A DNA stretch of 64,000 bases from Phoronis australis (lineage: Eukaryota; Animalia; Phoronida): NCBI GenBank assembly GCA_002633005.1, contig NMRA01000237.1:434001-498000 (forward strand). Reading direction: 5' to 3'. The position numbers and the translations under genes were made by a program. Shown here piece after piece: positions 48,801 to 60,800 of the stretch. Position 1 is the first letter of the stretch. The number at the start of each line of letters is the position of its first letter. Under the pieces are notes generated by a model, which worked only from the letters and a program-made list of their open reading frames with translations, made no database searches and had not been told where the DNA came from.

Positions 48801-51800
48801 ATGTGTTGCAGCTGTTATTTCTTCAATCCCCTGTATTGTAGCACTGACTGAGGCAGAGAGTGAAGAGACAGCAGACATCACAGTGATAGAAGTTGTGCCT
48901 GAAGTTGTGGAGACTGTTGATGTCTCTGAGGTAATGAAATATGAATATAGTGCAGTGTGAATTTGTTCTCGAAGTACACCATCTCAGGCATACTTAAGTA
49001 GTGTAAGCAAAACCCCCTCTGTATGTCAAGTCATTCTCATAACTTCTGTTGTCTGCTCATATGAGGCATGCACCAGTTTTTGTAAAACTGCACTCCCAAA
49101 CGTCTTCCATTCAGTTTCAACTCCAGAGGGAGTTGAGAGCGTTTTCCAAATGTAGACATCAAGCTGGTCTGCTAAGTTCCCAGCAACCTTAATTGGTACA
49201 ACATCACACCCCCCCCCCCACACACACTGTTACATGGGCCAATTATTTACCACGGATGGTCCAAGGAGTTACTTTTGAACTCATCATTCATGTGATAATT
49301 ACTCTGCTTCGCACAAAAGGAACTTGGATCATCATTCACAATAATACCATGAGGTGGCACTGGCAGTTCTTGGTCAAATTTATCAAATGCAAGTTAATGT
49401 GGAGTGTTTGTAATGGTTTCTTTGCTACATTGCACAATTCGAGCTGATGTCATGTAAAGTGACGTGTTGCCACTCTCCACTCTTAGGACGTGTTAATGAA
49501 GGAATACTCAGTGAAGGAGGACTACGTTGACCTCAGCAAGAACTTAGAGTTCAAGAAAGGGGACATTGTGGAAGTGCTGGATACTGATAAAAAGGATTCC
49601 TGGTTGGTGAGAAAGAAGAAAAATAGGCGACAGGTGGGTCGATTGTTTGCACACTGACCCCTGGTTGGTGTTGCTGTATAATAACTGAGCAAGTCATCCC
49701 TTTGGTTTTTTACCATTTTGTTCTTAGCACAACAACAAAAAAATTATTTAGTTACTGTGAAATAGTTTTACCAGAATGATGCTGATATGACATGTCTCCA
49801 TCTCACCAATATTGTTCTTCACACATGTTGAATTTCATTCATAAATATGCTAATACCATTTTAGAAATGCACTTGATTTCTTACTAGAGTAGTCACACTA
49901 CCCGTGAACTAATTAGTTCAAACTCTAACATTACAGCATATCTTATAAGAAGCACTGTTCTGCTGTCTCATTTCAGGTGGGTTACATCCCTAGACGTGTC
50001 CTGGAACCAATCCCAGAAGAACCTGAAGAAGATGGTGAAAAGGAAACTCCTGGTGCAGAACTTGGTGTTGCCATGCCGACAGATGGTAATTAGTTATTTG
50101 TTTCTCAATTTCTTGTCTATCTGATGGAAAATTCACACCTGTCCTGTAATGGAACAAAATGTGTCACTATTGGTCATAGCAGACCTGATCGCTGTCTGGG
50201 TTTATTGAATTTTGATATGATAGAGCTATATCGAAAGTCAGCTATTGCAGAAGATTGGCAATGAACAACTTTCTGTGTCTTCAAATGAACAATTAGAGAC
50301 TGAGCAAGGCACTGGATAATTCATGAGACCAGTAAGAGTGGGCCAGTCAATCACAATGGGTAATCAGTACCCATGCAGACAAAGTAGATTAACCAATCAC
50401 AATGGGTAATCAGTAGCCAGATGAAGTAGGTCAGCCAATCACAATGGGTAATGAGTACCCAGGCAGAGTAGGTCAGCCAATCACAATGGGTAATCAGTAC
50501 CCTGGCAAAGTTGGTCAGTCAATGGCAATGGCTTATTAGGACAGGCGAAGATATTGTGAAAATATGTAAATTTCAGTAAATTGTGTAGCTGTGACGCCTG
50601 TTGTAGAAGTTCCTGTCTTCAAAGAGACGTCTCCCCTGTCCCCAACTTCAGCAGAAGGTCGAAGAAAAAAGTCACGATCACCTAGCAAGAGATTGAGCTC
50701 CACAGAACGTGATGGCTCCTCTGATGAGGAAGCAGATAAACTTCTCAAAGAGGCAAGTCTCTTTCTTTACAAAGAGCAGGTATTAATTTTGTATTTGTGA
50801 AATCACAATGATGAGTCTGTTAATGAAGATTTACTGTGTGCTACAGAGTCTATGAGTTGTTATCAGACTTATTATTTTTAAAATGTATGGTGATTCTTCA
50901 CTTATGTACCACAATATGGCCAGCAAGTGAAACTCTTTTTGTCAATTTTCTTCAAAAAATAAAGATTAAATAAAATTCAGTCAATTACTGGCATGGTATT
51001 GTATACATATCATAAGCAAATTGTAATGAGGTTTCCTTTATTGGTAGCAAAGTAATGTGCCTTTGAAAAATGGAAAAACGACATTTCTTACTGTGATTTT
51101 TGTGCAAAACCAATGGACAAATAGCATATCATTTGAAATGTGGTGATGTCAGTAAGTACTTGTAGATTGGGTAATTGTATCCTTATAATTTTAAGTCTCT
51201 GAGGGCCTTTGAATTCTTTGGGTGCCTAAAAGTTCTTTGGAAAATGTGCTGATGTCAGCATTTTCTTTATTTAATAGCTTGCTGGACAACTTTTGAATCG
51301 ATGTCCCTCATGCATACATGGTGCCAGTCAGATAGTTGTTTAAAGCATGTGGTATTGTGGTATTCAATTTTGATGACATCAGCATTTTTAACTCCAAGTG
51401 TCCTCTACTTGATGGAAACTGTTGCCTATAGAGCAACACTGGAATGGTTGTCATATGAGATGCTGCCATTTACAGGGTTATCCAAAGTACGTGGCCGTTG
51501 CTGATTACTCACCACCTCCGACGGATACTCAGGGCATCAAGTTGACCGAAGGTCAATTTGTCGAAGTCTTGGACTCTAGTAATCCTCACATGTGGCTGGT
51601 CAGAACCAAACCCAGCAAGGTAAGTTATTTATGTATGTGATGATGTCTTGCTAGTGATTGATGTCTGTTGTGTAAACAGTCTGTTCAGCTGTGTAAATAA
51701 GAGTGAGTACTAGCCACACCTGATTAATTAGGCAATAACTGTGAACTTATGTCACATTTAGGGCAGTTAGAATCTCTCCTTTACAGATACTAGGCTTAGC

Positions 51801-54800
51801 AAGTCAATGAACCTAATAACCGATAAATATTTTTGTTGCCACATTTGGGAAAGTTTCCACCTAGACACGTAACTTCAATATTATTTTTCTTGCATTTTTG
51901 TACTTAGTTCTTTCTGTGAAGTATTTCCCAGCTGTGCATTGATTGTTTAATCGACTTCTGGAATAAAGTTATGCATTGACTTGTAGTTGAATTTTTGCCA
52001 ATTTGACACACTTCACTCGTTTACGTAAGTATTATAAGTTTATTTGGAAATTCCAACTTTCTGAAATGAGTTTTATGAGACAAATTTGATGACATGCTTT
52101 CCAGCTCAACCCATCGAAGGAAGGTTTTGTCCCTGCAAGTTATCTAGAGAAGAAAGATGGCGCTGGGCTAGTAGACAGGAGGTCCACAAGAGAAGTATTC
52201 ATTGAGGACATCATTCAGATCACCAACAAGCAACAAGAAGCTCTTGTGAAAAGGAGGTAAGAAAATTCGATCTTCGATTTCTGACTTGTGATGGTGATAA
52301 GTGTGGTGTTGAAACAGCGATGTAAGTCAAATGACGTCTGATCTTGGGGTAGTTGTGACGGCTATTGGCTTGTGTGAGCCTTGTTGTCGTATTATTCTAA
52401 TGCAGTGACAGTCAGACAATACATGGAAAGAATAGTAGTACGTAGACACCCCAACTGGTTGAGATTGGGCAACTCGTCTGGTTTGCGTACCGCAGAATCT
52501 GCCAGTTTAGTTCAAGGACACCATGCTGTTGTGGTTAGTTAAATCGCCTCAGGTTTCTATGTTATGGTTCTCTAGATAATGATACCCATCATAAACACAT
52601 TGGGGGCAACAATAGTATATTTAAATTTTCGTTTTAAAAGTTTGTAAATAGCATACTTAAATAGTTTGTGAAAAGCACACATGATTAGGTTTTTGAATTG
52701 GACAAGAAATGTGACTTTTACAACCTAAAACGTTTGTTTAATGTTGCAATAATATGTTCCTCATTAATTCTGCATAATTGGGCCAATTACTAAACCACCA
52801 GTCAGCAGTTTTTCAGAACATTGGTTGGTGGTATCTATTGCGCAGAACTTAAACACAGGAAAGCATTAATTTGAACAACATTTCCTTCATGGAAATTGTC
52901 GGCCATATTGTGTCCTTAATTATTCAGATTTCAACCTGGCTTATCCTTATAGACTTATGGTCATGTGCAGGACCTGGTGTTTACAGTTGCCTTTAGCAGC
53001 CTGAAGGGGTCAGGGCATACCTGCGCAAAGTGTCTTCACTACGTCCTTGTTATGCGCTATTTCATCACTGACATCATAATTTAACAGATATACAGTGAAA
53101 GAGTTGCTGGAGACAGAGCAGGCATATATCAACGACTTGAAACATGTCTTGGACAACTATGCCGTGGCTTTTGATATAGAGGATCTACCAGAGAGTCTCC
53201 AAGGGAAGAAAGAACTCATATTTGGCAATCTGGCAGAGATTCTTCAGTTCCATAATGAGTAAGTTGTCTGTTTATTGAAATTCCTCGTACTGTTGTCGAT
53301 TGTTTTCACAAGTTATCGAGTGTATGCCTGCATGCTTATTCTGCATGTTGTCTCAGTTACCAGCAGATTTCTCTTTGATGTATTTTAATTATCAGGGGTC
53401 TAATGAGGAGAAAGTACTGATGTTTATTTTTACTACCATTTAGGAGTCACCAAGTATCTCTGCAAAGACGGAAAATAGTCTGATCAGAAAATGCATTATT
53501 TAAAAACGAGGTTAAATTCTTCTGTTCAAAGGCAAAAACTCACTTTGGCATCCTATTGTTTTAAGTACTTAATGTGCTTATTATAGATACCTAAACTTAC
53601 TTAACTCGATACTTTTCAGATTCCGTAAACCCAGCATGGTCCGAAAACACCCATTTAGTAGCAAAATGTGAGGTTATCTTAAATCTATAACCACTATTCA
53701 TCTTCTGTGTATGTATTACCTCCCCTGTATCCCATTTCTGTCTAGTGTTGCACTTCTTTAGTGATCAACAGATGCATTCCACAGTACATATATCTTTATA
53801 TTCAAATTGCATTGTTTTGGACAGGTGTACTTTCTTTTCACACTTTTCTTGATTCCATGAGTAGTAGACAGCGCCCATGTATCTATAGTGTGACCCCCAT
53901 GTAGCATACACTAAGCACAGCTAAGTTTACACCCTGTCTCAACCTCATTGAGGGCATCCCACCTTGTTACCCACATGACCCTGAGCCCCATTTCGTATGG
54001 AGCACATTCGTATTGACCACTATTGGCATATAGGTGTATACCTGTACAAATGTATCTCCAACCCCTGCAACCGTTCACATGGTTTACTTTTGTCAGCAGC
54101 ACCTGTTTTATAGGCAATGTTTAGTAGTGTATAAAGCTCGTCGTCTGCTGGTTGTCATATTGAGTGATACATTGACTTAGCCTATCTTTCAACTATGTGT
54201 GGCCTATAGATCCAAATAGCTTGTAGTACTGGTTACCTCAAAATCTCATTTGGTCCATGAACACATTGTTGACATGCTTTCATTAACTTTCTATCAACTT
54301 TTAAGACTTTCTCACTGTACCTCAAAATTGTATCCGTTATCAAGTTTTACCTGCATTGAGCCAAAACTAGTTTGTCACCTTTCTGCCCATTTTCTAGATG
54401 ACATGTTCATCCAAAGAATGCACTCAGAATAGTTTGACATAAACCTGTTTGCATGCAAAGAATATTTTAGTGAGCATATGTTATACACTCAGTTTACCAA
54501 CTTTAGATTCCATTGGCAACTGTCTAACAGTTTCTTACAATAATTCTGTTTCAATGTTATTTTTAGACACTTTAAGGTCTACAGGCATTGACTGTTTTAA
54601 TACTAATTTGTGTTATTGCAATAATAAGTTATGGCTCCAGCTGGCATTTTGTAAATCCTGTTTATTGTGAGAAAGGTGAGATCTCGTAAGTTTTTTGCAA
54701 GATATCGGCAAGCGAACCACATGATCACATTAGTTTTACTCTTGAGTGTCTTATGTCTACAGAATGAATTCCTGTCTTTGCAGTGATTTGAATTTCACCG

Positions 54801-57800
54801 TGTGTATATTTGTTTCAGTTCTTTCCTGGCTGATGTGTTGGAATGTGCCAGTCAACCAGGCAGTGTTGGTCAGACCTTCATCAAATGGGTAAGCAGCTAT
54901 GTATTACGGTGCAAGCTTATTGTCATCAGGCTTCTGATTGCACTTATTGATTTTTGATTTCAAACCCTGGTCAGATTTGAAGACAACTAGGGTCTAGTCA
55001 GAACAGTCTTGGGAAAATGAATTAAATTAAATTAAAAAATAATTAAAATAATAAAGAAATAAAATGCTACTAAGCAAAATTATCAAAGTAATGTAGACTC
55101 TCGGGAACGTTGCTGAAAAGACAGTGACAGCTGCACATCCATGAGGAGATCAATCCATGGGAGATTTTGATCTTACGGTTATGAATATGGAGTTAAGACT
55201 GGCAGCTCTGGACTTGCACATGGAAGATTCGGGTAATGAATGCTGACTACCTGCAGAAAGATGAGCACTGCGATGATATTTCTGATGGTCCTGTGGTTTC
55301 AGTTGCTCTAGTTGAGGGATGTGCAGTCAGATAAGAACACCGTTTTAACGTGAAGACGATTTCTGGCGGTATGCTAACATTAGAATAGCCAATTCAATGG
55401 TACTGTAATTGATGCTGTCTTAGTGGTATTGGTATAATGAAATTGTACCCTTGTTTTACAGCGTGATCAGTTCTTGCAATACATCCCCTATTTGTGCAAT
55501 AGAAGGCAGACAGATTATCTGCTCAACACAGTTGAGGCCAAGAACTACTTCGAGGCGGTTGCAAAAGAAATTGGTGATAAAGAAATGTCGTTCACAAGTC
55601 TTCTGGACAAACCGAAGGCACACCTCCAGAAGTACCAGTCACTGTTGAAGGCAAGTGTCCAAGCTCTAAATTATTTTCACATATTGTCATATTTTGTATA
55701 TCCAAAACAAACCCAACTACTGAGCAAGTCTTTCTGATACTTACAACCAATTTCTGACAATAGCTCATGGTGGGAATTGAATGCCATCAGGTGAAACATG
55801 TTTATAATGTTGAAACTTGGTAATATTACCCTCTGTAAATTGTACATCACTTGTCATTAGTGTAATTGTTAACAGTGTTTTTCATTCAAATGTACAAGTT
55901 TCAAGAGGAATATTAATTAAAAGACAACTTACCATCCTAACTGTTTCATGGCCCACAACAAAAACAGCAAATTAACGAGAGTCTGGAATTTGCCATGATG
56001 CAATGTGACCACTGCAATATGTGCGTTGCTTCACACAAAGAACTTCGTTCCATGACTCTTTAGCTTAGTTGCACCTTCTTTATTGCAGGACATGATTCGG
56101 TACACGACCAGAGCGGATCAGGACTGTTCACAACTGCAGGCAGCGGCAGACATGATGGCGGACATCTTGAAACAAGCAGATGATCAGTATCTGTTGGGAG
56201 CCATTGAAGGCTGTCCATCACATCCCAGTTACGAGTATGGAGATCTCATCAGACATGTACGTTTGCTGTCAAAAAAGTCTAATATTGTGATAGTGTGGTA
56301 AGCTAAATGAAAAATATGAAGCTTCTGGGAAAGTTGGGCGCATGGTCTTGAGTTTGTCCACATGCTCTTTGGAGCATATGTACCAATGTTTCGCGTAATT
56401 TTAACGTCAAATTTACTTCTTTATGTTGATTTATCCCAGCACAAGTCTGGTTTGAGCTATATTGAGCGCTGCCTTGGTGGGTCAAAAATTAATTGCCTTC
56501 TTCAAAAGACGATAACATAAGATTGAAGTTAAAGATAAAACAATGAGCTCCACTCTGACCACATTATACTCACAGAAAACAAAAAGAATTAGCTAGCCGT
56601 ATTTCATGAATCACTTTCCACAGTTATTGTAGAAATAGGCATCCTATTCGTTCAGTGTCTACATCATTTGTGGGTCAGCTTAGAGATTTGCTATGCCATG
56701 TCAATGGGCCTTCAGAAATTTTTGCCCCCTAAAGTAAACATTCTCCAGTTTGAGACGGTCTCGAAATTTTTGGACTCTGAAATTCAAGCAGAGATTGCAA
56801 TTTTTGCCCTCATCATATATTTCTCAAATATCAGACTGTACATTGTATCAACAGAGTCTGATAATAGACTTAGTCATTGAAAATACTCGTAGATGTAACA
56901 CATTCATGCATCTCTATTCATCAAGGTAAGTGATTGTTTGTCGATGATTTTAATTTTTGAATATGGCACAACCAATACTGCCTATTTCTAAAATGTTTTA
57001 CAAACTCCGACAATTTTTCACTGTCCCAAACTGTAGAATTTTTACTATTATGGCATATGACGCATACCAAAACGTTAGCTGTGTCAGTATTTGCTGTATT
57101 TCATTGTTGACAGGGAAAGCTGAACATCTGGGAAAATGACATGATAGGAAAACCTAAGGAGCGCCACGCCTTCCTGTTCAAGGACAAGCTGTTGCTGGCG
57201 AAACCAAAGAAAACCATTGGGCCTAACCCCGAGTTTACCTTCAAGGCACTAATCAATGTAAGTTTGGTGCACATGCCTTCTTACATATAATGCTATTTTA
57301 TTGAGCTAGACCATGTCCGAGTGGTCAGCAAGCCTACTCGGGTTGGTTGAAATTCCTGGACAAACCGCAACTCTTTGTTCTGCCGATGGCAGGCACTGAT
57401 GCCATGAAGGTAAGAGTTTAATTGTTAATGAAACAGCACGTTTTCATTATGAGGATAGTATTCCAAACAGTATGAGTGAATAATTGCCTATTCAAATCGG
57501 TGAGAAAATTTGTCTAGTGTAGTCCCTGAGGTTGTGTAATGGCCATTTCGCGTTATGTTAGGTAGATCTTCTAGGGTGTCATACCTGAGGGAGGGCTGAC
57601 TTTCAACTTGAAGATGCTGGAGTCCTTTTGTGGCATCCTCATGCCAAGTCTCAAACCCCTGTGATTAACTGTTATAGTTGGTTTAATATACTTAAATATA
57701 TGATAAAAGCAAAGGTGACTGGTATTTTTTAGGGAGGCCTCCCTATCATCATTGAAAATTTAGTTGTCAGGGTTTGTAGAACGAGATTATTATGCTTGTA

Positions 57801-60800
57801 GTTTTGTGACAAATGGTTGTTTGACTTTGACTTTCAGTTTTGATAGTAGTCACAGTTTACCTTTACAGAAAGAAATGCTTTTGTGAATTAGCTATAGGCA
57901 TTTATGTACAAAGCGGTATTGCTAACTTCCAGCAAATGTAAAGGTCTTCCGAGAGCATTGTGCCACAAGTTTTCATGGAACGCAGTCCGTCATGTTGCAA
58001 TGCTTTCTGTTTCAGCTGCCAGATGTACTCATCTCTGAAGGTGAACCAACACAGCCATTTGAGCTGTACTATGCCGAGCCTACGTCGGAGAAACTGCTCT
58101 TCCAAGCTGAAGACATCTACCAGAAACAGGCATGGGTGAGAGACATCCGGGACTGCATGAAGAAATGTGGCCTTGAGCAGACGGACATCACACCTGAACA
58201 GATTGAGAAGATGAAGACCAGTCGCACAAAGTCGCCACCAATGAAGAAGAAGCAGACGATTGTCGAGGCAATCAAGAAGGAAGAAGAATCTAAGCAGTAC
58301 GTGAGCACGGAAGATTTGACAGGTACCGAGTACGATACTGCTCTGGAATATCAAAGTGATGTTAGTATCAGCAGTTATCACACAGCTACAGAAGATATGG
58401 ATGGTTATGGACCTGCCGATGGCACGCTACCAACGTTTATTTCACCAGTCGCCAATGTCACGTGTCGGGAAGGTGAAACGGTGAAACTGGAGTGCAAAGT
58501 CGATGGAACGCCAGCGCCACAGGTTCAGTGGATGAAGAACCACTTGCCTGTCTTGGAGTCGGAGAACTGTAGGCAGGTCATCGACGGCAACTTTTTCTCG
58601 TTGGTGATACAGGAAGCTTCCCCAGAAGACAGTGGTGTGTATACTGCCAGAGCTATGAATACGAATGGATTGAAAATATGCGATGCAGAGGTTGTGGTCA
58701 GAGGTGAGTTAATCTGCACTTTTGAGATGTAATGACTTAAAAGTACTTAAAAGTTCTTTTGAAATTGTAAAATATTGATAAACAGTCATTTTTTTCTGTT
58801 ATGTAAAGTAAATGTCACAGTAAAATTATAATACCACTGTGGCTGTATTGTGAGTTTCAGTAATTAGTTGTGTTATTAGTGTTAATTAGTTAATTGATAA
58901 TCATTGTAATTAGCTGATATCATGTGCCAATATTTCTTGTCATTCTTGAGGTCGTAACTACTGTAATTTTACATGTGCCAAGTGATATTCTATTTTTTTT
59001 CAAAATTATCCACAAAAAGAAAAATTTTTAGTCAATTACGACATTCGGTAAGGTTTCGATTACTTGTAGAAAGGTAGTCTGCTCAGCCTTTGAAAAATAT
59101 AAAACTACAATTTTGGCAATTGGTTTAAATTTGTACGAAATAAGTGAATACTTGAAATGAAGACAGTTATTATGCACTAAAAATTTTTTTTCCATATTTC
59201 GGGTTTAGCTCCTTACAACATTGGTAAATTATTTTGTTCGTCTGTTAAAACTTGCAGCACCATCTTCAGAGCCAGAACCAAGCTCTCCAAACTTTGTCAA
59301 ACGACTGGCAAGTGTTGATGTCATTGAAAACCAAGAGGTACGGTTTGACTGCCGAGTTACAGGATATCCTGAACCAGATATCACTTGGTAAGTTGTCATA
59401 AAGCCTAGGTACCTTTATTGAATGAACTGGGCAAGAAATTCTCTCAGATTAAAGTGGTATGTTTTTCTCTGCATGCTTGAGAGTGATTCTCTATTTATAT
59501 TTGGCAGCACAATGTAAATTGCGTAATTGTTACCGTGTGGAATCCTAATATATCTTTTCTTAATAACTCTTGTAATTTCTGTGAATTTTACATGCTTTAG
59601 AAAATTTGTCCATCAAAAAACTTTTGACTTTTTGGTATCGTTAATTATATTAATGAATGCTTTTGCGGGAGAAGAGCACTTTCCTTAAACCAAAAAGTTT
59701 CACCAGTTAATTAACTGTTTTCTCCCAATCGACCAACACAGGTACAAGGATGGACTGGAAATAAAAGCAGACGATCACTTCCAGTTCCTGTTCCTGGACG
59801 ATGAGTCATACTCTCTTGTCATCCAAAATGTCTCATTCAGTGATGCTGGACTGTATACGTGCAAGGCAGCCAACAAAATGGGAGAAACCACCACGAATGC
59901 ATCACTTGTTGTCAAGAGTAAGTCTTTGTTGTGTTGTAAGAGGTTGATATTAGATTTTGCCATCCACGTCCTTGATGCCAGAGTAGTTGCCTTACCAGTC
60001 AGCAGATAGTACATCGACTGTCAGGTAAGCTACTCAGAAAGACCTTACATGAAAGCTTCGTATCAGCCATCTTCTGAGTTAAAACACTTGCTGCACTTCT
60101 GTGAGAGAAACTTTTATTATTTAAATCATGTGAAAACGTACATTGTTATATGACTGGGTAGCCAGAAAAGACACGGGCCGCTAATAGCTGACCACTGAGT
60201 AACAATTAATTGAATAGATATTAACAGCTAAGAAGAACAATATAGATAACAACAGAAAAACGTACGGTACATCTACAATGAAATAAGATACAATGCAAGT
60301 TTATTTAAAATGGTAAATTAAATGTACTTTGCATAAATGGTAATATTCAACAAAGTAATTAGAATTCTTTCCTGTGCAAACTGAAACAAACCACAAATTA
60401 CTTCATAGAAATGGCTAAGCCTTCTCTTAGCAAAAGAGCACGTTTGCTGCTAGATTTGAGGGTTGATCATCGGTGATAGGATCTACAATCATTTGTATAG
60501 TACTCCTAGAATAATCGGACAAAAAGACCAGAAGTCCTCTGTCATGTCAGCTAAGTGTAAGCAATGAATAGCTGGATGCCTCATCATGATGACTGGGTGT
60601 AGAATGACCTGTTAAGATAGGTTAACACCGCGGAATTCCCCTGCCATGACGGTTGAGTGCAAACAGAATTCACCACGAGAGTTGCAAGCTTGGCCTGTCA
60701 CAACAAGGAAACGGTGTTTTGTCTGATTACTTTTGACGTGCGGTGTACATTTTTTCAGGTAGGAGATAAGACAGCAGATTTGCTGTCTGGTGAGAAACCA

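Noticed and set aside
50340-50535. CRISPR-like array
   Set aside because: Eukaryotic intron, inter-repeat sequences are similar to each other, no cas genes; it is a minisatellite.
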